NCBI GenBank assembly: GCA_039630575.1
Contig: JBCNUW010000005.1
Location: 1 to 64,000, forward strand
Direction of reading: 5' to 3'
From: Candidatus Hydrothermales bacterium
GTDB lineage: Bacteria; Hydrothermota; Hydrothermia; Hydrothermales; JAJRUZ01
DNA length: 64,000 nt
The notes beneath the pieces are model-generated. The model was not told the origin of the DNA and did no database searches. It saw only the letters and a program-made list of their open reading frames with translations. This document shows positions 1-9,104 of the stretch, piece by piece. Each line of letters begins with the position of its first letter. The stretch's first letter is position 1. A program made the position numbers and the translations under genes.

Positions 1-562
1 AAAAGCCTACCTCATTAGGATTTGACGGATTAGAAACATCTATTATCCTTAAACCAGCATCATAATCAGCAACATAAGCATAGCTGCCAAAAACATAAAT
101 ACTAAAGGTATAGCCAGGTGTAAAATAATAACCAAGTCTCACAGGATTTGTAGCTTGTGAAACATCCCATATCTCAATACCTCCTACATATGCTGCAATA
201 TAAAGCCTTTGAGTCGATTGATGATAAAATAATCCCCGAACCAACCCACGAGTGCGAATTTCTCCAATTTTAACTGGATTTGAAGGATTTGAAACATTTA
301 AGATATACACACCACCTCCAGAACCACAGAAAACAAAAGCTCTTAAAGGGTCATATTCTACTGCATAGGATGATCCAAATGGCCAGTTACCAATAAACTT
401 TGTATTTAGTGAATCAAAACCAGCTAAAACTTGTGGATCCTTAAATCCATCAAATTGTCCACCTCTAAACCGTAGAGCTACTTCTTCCATTCCATGGATC
501 CCTTCCGCTGAAATTTCACATATTATCGCCCCTATGAAAAACATTTTTATTATTTTTTTCAT
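1..562 (-). CDS. LVIVD-repeat beta-propeller protein, probably secreted (runs off the left edge)
   Basis: Not in the ORF track; translated by hand from ATG at 562 (SD AGGAGG at 567-572). Reads MKKIIKMFFIGAIICEISAEG...GVYILNVSNPSNPVKIG...GIEIWDVSQATNPVRLG...SYAYVADYDAGLRIIDVSNPSNPNEVG, i.e. LVIVD-type repeats after a signal-peptide-like N-terminus. Confidence 0.85.
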   Translation of the reverse strand, partial: MKKIIKMFFIGAIICEISAEGIHGMEEVALRFRGGQFDGFKDPQVLAGFDSLNTKFIGNWPFGSSYAVEYDPLRAFVFCGSGGGVYILNVSNPSNPVKIGEIRTRGLVRGLFYHQSTQRLYIAAYVGGIEIWDVSQATNPVRLGYYFTPGYTFSIYVFGSYAYVADYDAGLRIIDVSNPSNPNEVGF

Positions 563-585
563 ACATCCTCCTTTCGTTATTTGAT

Positions 586-613
586 ATTATAAATTATACT
601 TAATTTTTTTCAA
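586..613 (-). promoter_or_regulatory. Putative sigma70 promoter of the LVIVD gene
   Basis: Minus strand TTGAAA (613-608), 16-bp spacer, TATAAT (591-586). Confidence 0.45.
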
Positions 614-656
614 TAATTTTTATCTCTTCATGGTGGCGAATATTTAATGCGTAATT

Positions 657-1318
657 CCCATTTTTTACACTCTCTTGATATTTAAGTGGTGAAGATCCTA
701 ATTTTTCAAGGATTTTCTATTTTAATTTTAAAATATAGTGCCACATTACTAAAAATCTATAGTTTATTTTCCCTTGACAAATAGTAAAATTTCTGGAATT
801 ATAACAGTGCTATGTTTGTAAGACTCAAAAAGGTAGAAAATAGAGTTCATTTACAAGTAGTAGGAAACAAATTATAAATGGTAAAGCAAGACAAAGGGTT
901 ATATGTACATTAGGAAGGTTGGATAAGTTAAAAGAAAGTGGCAATTCAGAAAGGGAAAAAGAGAGAAGAAAACGGAAAGAAGTGTTAGAGTTATTAGAGA
1001 GGAAGTTGACGGTGTATATTGTCTTTTAACAAATGCCGATTTTAGAGACTCTAAGGAGATAGTTTTAAGGGTGGAACCTTTTTATCATAAAAGAATATCT
1101 TTTGCAGAAGTAAAGCAAGATTTAGAAGCATTATATTAAAAAGTCCATTTTAAGTTGTTGGTGGTAAGATGTTAGAGAAGTGCTCAGGATAAAAAGTCCC
1201 CCAACAATTTCTTTGTCCTTTTAAATTGAAGAAAAATTTACATAGTACCATGCCCAAATTTCGTTTTTAAAAATTATTGTAAATCAAGCGTTTTTAAAAA
1301 ATAAGTGTAAAAAATGGG
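657..1318 (+). mobile_element. Internally deleted, non-autonomous IS1634-family-like element
   Basis: Perfect 15-bp terminal inverted repeats CCCATTTTTTACACT (657-671) and AGTGTAAAAAATGGG (1304-1318). Flanks TAATT / TAATA may be an imperfect target duplication. Encloses transposase fragments. Confidence 0.8.
812..1140 (+). pseudogene. Fragmented IS1634-like transposase
   Basis: MFVRLKKVENRVHLQVVGNKL* then, after a frameshift, NGKARQRVICTLGRLDKLKESG. Later fragments DGVYCLLTNAD, SKEIVLR, VEPFYHK and FAEVKQDLEAL resemble successive IS1634 transposase motifs. Confidence 0.75.
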
Positions 1319-1452
1319 TAATACTTTTATTTTTAAGGATTTGAACTCTTTGCAATATCGGTCAAATTTTAAAGAAGTTTTTATAAAATAGAATAACTTT
1401 GAAAAAAATAAAAAGGAAAACTTAAAATAAACCTTTTAAAGGAGGAATTAAA

Positions 1453-3210
1453 ATGGAAAAACCTGTTATTTCAAAAATTTCAGGTGCACTTGTTATTGCA
1501 AAAAACATGCGTGGTGCCAAGATGAATGAAATTGTAATGGTTGGTAAAGAAGGACTTGTAGGAGAAATTATAAGACTTAATGAGGACTTAGCTTATATTC
1601 AGGTCTATGAAGATACCTCAGGTCTTTTTGTAGGTGAACCTGTAGAAAGAACTTTTGAATCTTTATCTGTAGAACTTGGTCCTGGTCTTTTGGGAACAGC
1701 CTTTGACGGTATACAAAGACCCTTACAAAATATAAGAGATACCGTAGGAGACTTCATTAAAAGGGGTGTTAAAACTTTCTCACTTAACAGAGAAAAAAAG
1801 TGGGATTTTGAACCATTACTTAAAAAGGGAGATGAGATTTGGCCTGGAAGGATAATTGGAGAAGTTAAGGAAACTCAAAGTATAACTCATAAAATTTTGG
1901 TACCTCCTAATGTAAAACCAAATAAAATCAAAGAGATAAAAAAAGGTTCATTTACAGTTGAAGATGTAGTATGTATTCTTGAAGATAATACTGAGCTTAA
2001 ACTATATCATAAATGGCCTGTAAGAGTTCCAAGACCATTCAGAAAAAGGCTTGGTCCTGAAAAACCGTTAATAACAGGTCAAAGAGTCTTAGATTTCTTC
2101 TTTCCTATTTCCCTCGGTGGAAATGCTGCAATACCAGGTGGTTTTGGAACAGGTAAGACTGTTACTGAACAGACACTCGCTAAATGCTCTCTTGTTGAAA
2201 TTGTTATATACATTGGATGTGGTGAAAGAGGTAATGAAATGACAGAAGTTTTAATAGAATTTCCACACCTTGAAGATCCATTTCATAAAGGAGCTCCTCT
2301 TATGGATAGAACTATTCTTGTTGTTAACACTTCTAATATGCCTGTTGCAGCAAGAGAAGCTTCTATATACGTTGGGATTACACTTGCTGAATATTATCGA
2401 GATATGGGTTACAATGTTTTATTACTGGCAGATTCTACTTCGAGATGGGCAGAAGCTTTAAGAGAGATTTCTTCAAGACTTGAAGAAATGCCAGGTGAGG
2501 AAGGCTATCCACCTTACCTTGCAGCTAAACTCTCAGCTTTCTATGAAAGAACCGGAAGAGTAGTTCCACTTGCCAGTGAAGATCTTGAAGGATCAGTTAC
2601 CGCAGTGGGAGCAGTTTCTCCACCTGGAGGTGATTTTTCAGAACCTGTTACACAAAGTACACTTAGAGTAGTCGGTGCTCTGTGGGCTCTTGATACAACT
2701 CTTGCTTATAGAAGACATTATCCAGCAATAAACTGGTTAAGATCCTATACTCTTTACTTTGAATTAATGGAAAACTGGTTCAAAGAGAACGTGGCAAAAG
2801 ATTTTCCAGAATTAAGAAAATGGGCAAGTGAAATGCTTCAGAAAAATGCTGAACTTGAAGAGATTGTACAACTTGTTGGTCCCGATGCTCTTGATGACCA
2901 CGAAAGGTTGCTATTAGAAGTTGGTAGGTTAATAAGAGATGGTTTTCTTCAACAAAGTGCTTTTGATGAGGTGGACTTTACCTGCCCTCTTGAAAAACAG
3001 TACGGTATGATGAAGGTTATTGAAAAATTCTTTATTTTTGGTGAAAAGGCCTTGAAAGAGGAATTAGAAATTGAAAAAATTCTTGATCCTGTGTTGTTGG
3101 ATAAAATAGTGAGACTAAAAGAAAAACCTATTGAAGAATTTAGAAAAGAAAAAGAAATGCTGGAAAAGGAGATAGAAGAGATAATTTTAAAAGAAAAGGT
3201 AAAAGCTTAA
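1453..3210 (+). CDS. atpA: V/A-type ATP synthase subunit A (NtpA)
   Basis: Walker [79 protein letters not shown] upstream; no intein. Confidence 0.97.
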   Translation: MEKPVISKISGALVIAKNMRGAKMNEIVMVGKEGLVGEIIRLNEDLAYIQVYEDTSGLFVGEPVERTFESLSVELGPGLLGTAFDGIQRPLQNIRDTVGDFIKRGVKTFSLNREKKWDFEPLLKKGDEIWPGRIIGEVKETQSITHKILVPPNVKPNKIKEIKKGSFTVEDVVCILEDNTELKLYHKWPVRVPRPFRKRLGPEKPLITGQRVLDFFFPISLGGNAAIPGGFGTGKTVTEQTLAKCSLVEIVIYIGCGERGNEMTEVLIEFPHLEDPFHKGAPLMDRTILVVNTSNMPVAAREASIYVGITLAEYYRDMGYNVLLLADSTSRWAEALREISSRLEEMPGEEGYPPYLAAKLSAFYERTGRVVPLASEDLEGSVTAVGAVSPPGGDFSEPVTQSTLRVVGALWALDTTLAYRRHYPAINWLRSYTLYFELMENWFKENVAKDFPELRKWASEMLQKNAELEEIVQLVGPDALDDHERLLLEVGRLIRDGFLQQSAFDEVDFTCPLEKQYGMMKVIEKFFIFGEKALKEELEIEKILDPVLLDKIVRLKEKPIEEFRKEKEMLEKEIEEIILKEKVKA

Positions 3211-3246
3211 TTTTTTAGAAAATATCTTAACTTTACCAATTTATTC

Positions 3247-4491
3247 TCAAGAAGAACCAAAAACAAACTCGCTTTTAATCCTTATAATAGGGGGAGGTGA
3301 AGGTATAATTAAAACTTCATCTACAAGATGATAATTCTCCTCAAATTTTTCTCTTAAGTCAATTCCCTTTTCCACTGTAACGAACTTATCAACGATACAT
3401 TTTATAACCCTTGCTTTATCTTTTATTTTAACTCCATAATGTATTATTGAATCTTCAACTATAGCATCTTGCCCAATGATGCAATTCCTCCCAATTACTG
3501 AATTTGTTATTTTTGCTCCTTTTTCAATTCTTGTTCCCTCGGAAATTATTGAATTGTTAATAGAAGCACCTCTTTCAATAAAACAAGGTGGATCCTTAAA
3601 GCTTACTGTTCCAATGGTCCAATAAGGATTCCATAAATTAAGCACAGGAGGATTTTTAAGTATATCCATGTTTGCCTCAAAATACTCCTTAATTGTTCCT
3701 ACATCTTTCCAGTAAGGTTTTTCCTCACCCTTTATCTTATTCGTATAAAAATCATATACATAAACTCTTGAATTTTTATAGACTTTGGGCAAAATGTCTT
3801 TTCCAAAATCGTGAGAACTGTTTTCATCCTTTGAATCTTCTATGAGAATTTCCTCTAAAAATTCTCTTTTGAAGATATAGTTACCCATTGAGATAAATAA
3901 TTTCTTATTTTCTGTCCGCTCAGGAAGAGCTTTTGGTTTTTCCCAAAAACCACAAACTCGGTTATTTTCATCAGCACATATTATCCCGTATTTAGAAGGA
4001 TCTTGTGTGGTAATCGGAATACCAGAAACTGTGAAATCTGCATCCCTCTCAAGATGAAAAGTAAGCATTTGCGAAATGTCCATCTTATAAACATGGTCTG
4101 CTGCAAAAACCAAAACTATATCAGGATCATAATTTGATAAAAGATGTAAATTTTGAAAAACAGCATCTGCTGTTCCTTTATACCATTCCTCTCCTAACCA
4201 CATCTGAGCAGGAGCAATTGTTATAAAAAAGTTTCTTCTTCTCAATGCACTTCCAAGTTGCCATCCCTGTTCAATATGCTCTGTTAAACTCTGAGCTTTA
4301 TATTGAGTAAGAACATATATTGATAGAAATCCAGAGTTTGTAAGGTTGGATAAAACAAAATCAACTATCCTATATTTACCTCCAAAAGGAACTGCTGGCT
4401 TTGTTCTAAACTTTGTTAGGGGATATAATCTTTCCCCTTTACCACCTGCTAAAACAAGTGTTAATATCCTTAAATGATTATAGTTTCTCAT
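3247..4491 (-). CDS. glgC: Glucose-1-phosphate adenylyltransferase (ADP-glucose pyrophosphorylase)
   Basis: LAGGKGERLYPLT, KPAVPFGGKYRIVDF, WYKGTADAV, DFGKDILP, YWKDVGT; C-terminal left-handed beta-helix repeats. Confidence 0.96.
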   Translation of the reverse strand: MRNYNHLRILTLVLAGGKGERLYPLTKFRTKPAVPFGGKYRIVDFVLSNLTNSGFLSIYVLTQYKAQSLTEHIEQGWQLGSALRRRNFFITIAPAQMWLGEEWYKGTADAVFQNLHLLSNYDPDIVLVFAADHVYKMDISQMLTFHLERDADFTVSGIPITTQDPSKYGIICADENNRVCGFWEKPKALPERTENKKLFISMGNYIFKREFLEEILIEDSKDENSSHDFGKDILPKVYKNSRVYVYDFYTNKIKGEEKPYWKDVGTIKEYFEANMDILKNPPVLNLWNPYWTIGTVSFKDPPCFIERGASINNSIISEGTRIEKGAKITNSVIGRNCIIGQDAIVEDSIIHYGVKIKDKARVIKCIVDKFVTVEKGIDLREKFEENYHLVDEVLIIPSPPPIIRIKSEFVFGSS

Positions 4492-5911
4492 ACTTTATCC
4501 TCATATATAAATTTAAATATTCCTTTGCTGAGTTCTCCCAAGAAAAATCTTTTTTCATACATTCCTCAACAAGTTTTTCCCACTCAGACTTCATTTTAAA
4601 AACTGAAATAATTTTGTCAAGTCTCTTAATAAAACTTTCTTTATTATATTCCTCAAATAAAAATCCTGAACCACCTTTTTCAAAATCAACTATTGTATCT
4701 TTTAAACCTCCTGTTTTGTAAGCAAAAGGAATTGTACCAAATCTCATTGAAATCATCTGAGTTAACCCACATGGCTCAAAAACAGATGGTATTAAAAATA
4801 AATCCGACCCAGCATATATCCTCTTGGATATAACAATGTCAAACTTTGGAATGAATCTAAACTTTTCACTGTATCTTGCTTGGTACTCTCTAATTTTATC
4901 TTCATATTTCTTTTCTCCAGTAGCAAGAAGAATAAACTGGACCTCTCTTTTGAAAAATTCATCAAAAGATTCAAGAAGTAAATCTATTCCTTTCTGATAA
5001 GTAAGCCTTGAAACCATACCAATTAGAATTGAATTATCTTCTCTTAATAAAAACTCTTTCCTTAACATTTTTTTATTTATTTCCTTACCTTCTCTAAAGT
5101 TATTAATACTAAAATTTTTGTATATGTCTTTATCAATTTCAGGGTTCCACTCATCATAATCAATTCCATTAAGTATTCCAAAAACTCTATCTTTTTTACT
5201 TCTTAAAACATCATCAAGACCACATCCAAATTGAGGTGTCAAAATCTCCTTGGCATAATTCGGACTAACCGTATTTATGTAGTCTGAGAGTAATATACCT
5301 GCTCTCAAAAAATTAACACTTCCATCTTTTAATAGAGTGTCTTTTAATTCACCAATTTCTATTTCCCTTAAAACTTCCTCTTTATAAATCCCCTGATAAG
5401 AAAGGTTATGAATTGTTAGTAAAATTTTTGTATCTTTAAAAAATTTTTCCCCTTTAAACTTGCCCTTTAAGTAAATTGGAATAAAAGCAGTGTGCCAATC
5501 GTTTATCTGTATGATATCAGGTCTAAAATTTATTTCTTTTAAAAATAAAATAGAAGCAAAAGAAAAGAAAGCAAATCTTTTATATTGCCCTTGATCCTCT
5601 CCAGATGGAGGAACATATATAAAATCCTTTCCGTAAAGTTCTTCATTTTTTAAAAGATAAAATGATACCCCCTTATGATATACATGGATCCATTCTACGT
5701 TGTGTGTATTTGAACCAAAATCTATTTTACTTCCAATCCTTTTTATAACTTGAAAATTTTCCACGTTTGTAAACTTCGAGTAAAAAGGAGAAAGAACTAT
5801 TATGTCTACCCCTTTGTTTTTTAAATATATAGGAAGTGAACCTGCCACATCAGCAAGTCCACCAACTTTTGAAAACGGATATACTTCTGCGCTTAAGTAA
5901 GCTAACTTCAT
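4478..5911 (-). CDS. glgA: Glycogen synthase (GT5)
   Basis: KVGGLADV, NDWHTA, TIHNLSYQG, TVSPNYAKEI, GILNGID, PSVFEPCGLTQM. Confidence 0.96.
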   Translation of the reverse strand: MKLAYLSAEVYPFSKVGGLADVAGSLPIYLKNKGVDIIVLSPFYSKFTNVENFQVIKRIGSKIDFGSNTHNVEWIHVYHKGVSFYLLKNEELYGKDFIYVPPSGEDQGQYKRFAFFSFASILFLKEINFRPDIIQINDWHTAFIPIYLKGKFKGEKFFKDTKILLTIHNLSYQGIYKEEVLREIEIGELKDTLLKDGSVNFLRAGILLSDYINTVSPNYAKEILTPQFGCGLDDVLRSKKDRVFGILNGIDYDEWNPEIDKDIYKNFSINNFREGKEINKKMLRKEFLLREDNSILIGMVSRLTYQKGIDLLLESFDEFFKREVQFILLATGEKKYEDKIREYQARYSEKFRFIPKFDIVISKRIYAGSDLFLIPSVFEPCGLTQMISMRFGTIPFAYKTGGLKDTIVDFEKGGSGFLFEEYNKESFIKRLDKIISVFKMKSEWEKLVEECMKKDFSWENSAKEYLNLYMRIKYEKL

Positions 5912-5923
5912 TAATTGGGATAT

Positions 5924-5993
5924 ATTATATTAAATTCTCTTCACAATTTCAAAATACTTAAACTTGTTTTTGATTTTTATAAAATAATATAAT
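5924..5993. promoter_or_regulatory. Divergent promoters for glgA-glgC and the GH57 operon
   Basis: Minus: TTGAAA (5952-5947), 17 bp, TATAAT (5929-5924). Plus: TTGTTT (5964-5969), 18 bp, TATAAT (5988-5993), ending 8 nt before the ATG at 6002. Confidence 0.55.
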
Positions 5994-6001
5994 AATTTTC
6001 A

Positions 6002-8056
6002 ATGAAAGAAATAAACCTTTCAATTTTATGGCATTTCCACCAACCTTCCTATCTTCTTCTTGAACCAGAAGGGGAATATTTCTTTTTCCCGTGGGTTTTT
6101 CTACATTCAATAAGAGAGTATTACGATATGGGAAAAATTTTAAAGGAAACATCTTCTAATGTGAAAGTTAGTTTTAACATAACACCTACTTTATGGTATC
6201 AGATAAATAAATATAGAGAAAAGAAAAGTTTCTGTAAGTGGTTAAAAATCTTTGAAAAAAATCCATCCTTTATGTCAGAGGAAGAAAAAATTTTTGTTTT
6301 GAGAAATTTCTTCTCTGTTAATTATGAGAAACAGATTTTGCCATATGATAGGTATAGATATCTTTTTATTAAAAGAGGAGGCATCTTTGAACTTGAAAAG
6401 AAAGTGAAATATTTTTCAAATAAAGAGATAAACGATATCATGTTTTATTTTATCTATTCAAATGTTTCAGAAATTAAAAAAGAAGAAAATGAAATTTTAA
6501 AGGAATTAGCAAGAAAAAAAGAAAATTATACAGAAGAAGAGAAAAAAGAACTTCTAAACATATGCTTTAGTATATTAGATGAGCTTGTAAAAATTTATAA
6601 AAATCTTATAGAAGAAAAAAAGGTTGAGTTAACTACTACCCCTTTTTCACATCCTATAATGCCTCTTATAATAAACAGTAATTCTTTCTCTATTTCTTCA
6701 CCTCATCTTGCTGATAGAAAAGTTGATTTTTCTTTTCCAGAGGATGCTGAGTTACATGTTGATCTTGCTCTTTCTTTCATGAAAAGAGAATTCAAAAGGG
6801 AAATAAAGGGTCTTTGGCCTTCAGAAGGTAGTGTATCTGATGAAACCCTCGAAATTTTTATAAAAAAGAAAATTTTATTTACCATGACAGATGAGGGAAT
6901 TCTCGAGAGATCTATAAATTTACCATTAAGAGAAAAGCCAGAAGATGTGAGGGATGATTTATATAAACCCTACTTATATAGGGGTAAAAATGGTGAGATT
7001 TTACTATTTTTTAGAGATAGAATTTTGTCAGATAAAATTGGTTTTGTATATAAAAATTTGAGGCCTGAAGATGCTGTTAATGATTTTGTTAATTATCTTG
7101 AAAGGTTGAGAACAAAAGGAAAAAATTTATGGGTATCAGTAATTTTAGATGGAGAAAACCCTTGGGTTTACTATGAAAGGGGCGGTATTCCTTTCTTGAG
7201 AAGATTTTATGAAGTTTTGTCAAACAAAGATTATCTCAATTTTTCCTTTTTTGAGGAAGCTACCTTTTTTAAAGAAAGAGGTTTTCTAGAAAGGATACAT
7301 CCAGGTTCATGGATAAGAAGTGAATTTACTACATGGATGGGTGATGATGAGAAAAATGAAGGCTGGATTGTTTTAAAAAAGGTAAAGGATGATTTAAAAG
7401 AGGATGTGAAGTTAAATGAAAAATCCTTTTATTCTCTCCTCTTTGCAGAGGGTAGTGATTTCTTCTGGTGGCTTGGATACGACAATCCAACTTTTTATGC
7501 GCCTGAATTTGATGTTCTTTTTAGGGAACATTTAAAGAATGTTTATAGGAATTTAGGCAAAAAGTATCCTGAATTTTTAGAGAATCCTATAAAAAAGGAA
7601 ATTCATAGATTTTTTGTGAAAAATATTTCAGGATTTTTGTATCCGGTAATTGATGGAAAAATAACAAATTTTTACGAATGGGCAAATGCCGGAATAATAA
7701 ATCTTGATATAGATGGTAAAAGCCTTTTAAGATACCTATATTTCGGTTGGGATGAAGAGGGGAATTTCTGCTTGCGCATCGATGCAAAAAGAAACTTTAA
7801 GGAATTACTTGAGGAGGGTTTTAAGATATTAATTGCTATAAAGACTTTAAATTTTGAAAAAATTTTAAAATTTGATAAAGACCGAGGAGAAAACTCTTCT
7901 TTTTATTGTGCAGATAAAATTTTTGAAGTTGTTGTAAAAAATTTATATAATAATATATATCTTTTTCTTATGCTGGAGAATAAATCTTTTGCTCGCTATC
8001 CCATATATGGATACTATCTGATTGAAAAAAAAGAAGAAGATTATAACTTTGTCTAA
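6002..8056 (+). CDS. Glycoside hydrolase family 57 (amylopullulanase/alpha-amylase-like)
   Basis: WHFHQP, TTPFSHPIMPL, GLWPSEG (nucleophile), ILDGENPW (acid/base), AEGSDFFWW. Confidence 0.93.
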   Translation: MKEINLSILWHFHQPSYLLLEPEGEYFFFPWVFLHSIREYYDMGKILKETSSNVKVSFNITPTLWYQINKYREKKSFCKWLKIFEKNPSFMSEEEKIFVLRNFFSVNYEKQILPYDRYRYLFIKRGGIFELEKKVKYFSNKEINDIMFYFIYSNVSEIKKEENEILKELARKKENYTEEEKKELLNICFSILDELVKIYKNLIEEKKVELTTTPFSHPIMPLIINSNSFSISSPHLADRKVDFSFPEDAELHVDLALSFMKREFKREIKGLWPSEGSVSDETLEIFIKKKILFTMTDEGILERSINLPLREKPEDVRDDLYKPYLYRGKNGEILLFFRDRILSDKIGFVYKNLRPEDAVNDFVNYLERLRTKGKNLWVSVILDGENPWVYYERGGIPFLRRFYEVLSNKDYLNFSFFEEATFFKERGFLERIHPGSWIRSEFTTWMGDDEKNEGWIVLKKVKDDLKEDVKLNEKSFYSLLFAEGSDFFWWLGYDNPTFYAPEFDVLFREHLKNVYRNLGKKYPEFLENPIKKEIHRFFVKNISGFLYPVIDGKITNFYEWANAGIINLDIDGKSLLRYLYFGWDEEGNFCLRIDAKRNFKELLEEGFKILIAIKTLNFEKILKFDKDRGENSSFYCADKIFEVVVKNLYNNIYLFLMLENKSFARYPIYGYYLIEKKEEDYNFV

Positions 8057-8071
8057 AAAGGAGAAAAAAAT

Positions 8072-9100
8072 ATGCCAGAGTTAAGATACGATCCAATTAG
8101 ATGGAGATGGACAATTATTTCACCTGAAAGGGGTTTAAGGCCAAAGGACTTTCAGAAAAAAAAGGAAGAAATTCCTCCTGTAGATAATTGTCCTTTCTGT
8201 GAAGGAAATGAAGATAGAACACCTAAAGAAGTTTTTTCAATAAGAAAGGAAGGAACTCATAGAGATAAACCCGGTTGGAGAGTGAGAGTTGTACCAAACA
8301 AATTCCCAGCATTAAGAATTGAAGGCGAACTTATAAGAAGGGGAGTTGGTCTTTTTGATCATGTGTCAGGAATAGGAGCTCACGAAGTCATAATTGAAAC
8401 ACCTAAGCATGAATTACAACTTCAAGATATGGATCCTGAAAATGTAAAGGAGGTATTATTTGCCTTTAAAGAAAGATACATTGATTTAACGAAGGATATA
8501 AGATTCAGATACATTTTAATTTTTAAAAATTATGGAAAAGATGCAGGAGCTTCACTTTACCATTCTCATTCACAACTTATTGCAACTCCAATAATTCCTC
8601 TTGCTGTAGTTGCAGAACTTGAAGCAGCAAAAGAGCATTATAAACGTAAAGAAAGATGTATTTTCTGTGATTTAATCCATCAGGAACTTTCCTTAGGTGA
8701 AAGGATTGTCTACAAAACTGAAAAATTTGTAGTTTGGTGTCCATATGCCTCTTCTTTTCCCTTTGAAACTTGGGTTTTCCCTTTAAGGCATAGTCATGAA
8801 TTTGTAAAGATGGATAACGAAGAAATTAGTGACTTATCAATAGTTTTAAGAGATATTCTTTTTAGGATAAAGATTCTTTTAAATGATCCTCCCTATAATT
8901 TTGTTATACATACATCACCTATAGCAAGACCAAGACCTGGTAGACCTCATTTCTGGGAAACCATTCATCTTGATTACCATTTTCATATTGAAATTATTCC
9001 AAGAATAACTCATATTGCAGGTTTTGAGTGGGGTTCAGGTTTTTATATAAATCCCATACCACCTGAGGAGGCAGCAAGATATTTAAGAGAAGTAATTTAA
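8072..9100 (+). CDS. galT: GalT-family HIT nucleotidyltransferase (galactose-1-phosphate uridylyltransferase-like)
   Basis: CPFCEGNE, VVPNKFPAL, GAHEVIIE, AGASLYHSHSQ (HxHxQ), AGFEWGSG. Confidence 0.9.
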   Translation: MPELRYDPIRWRWTIISPERGLRPKDFQKKKEEIPPVDNCPFCEGNEDRTPKEVFSIRKEGTHRDKPGWRVRVVPNKFPALRIEGELIRRGVGLFDHVSGIGAHEVIIETPKHELQLQDMDPENVKEVLFAFKERYIDLTKDIRFRYILIFKNYGKDAGASLYHSHSQLIATPIIPLAVVAELEAAKEHYKRKERCIFCDLIHQELSLGERIVYKTEKFVVWCPYASSFPFETWVFPLRHSHEFVKMDNEEISDLSIVLRDILFRIKILLNDPPYNFVIHTSPIARPRPGRPHFWETIHLDYHFHIEIIPRITHIAGFEWGSGFYINPIPPEEAARYLREVI

Positions 9101-9104
9101 TTTT

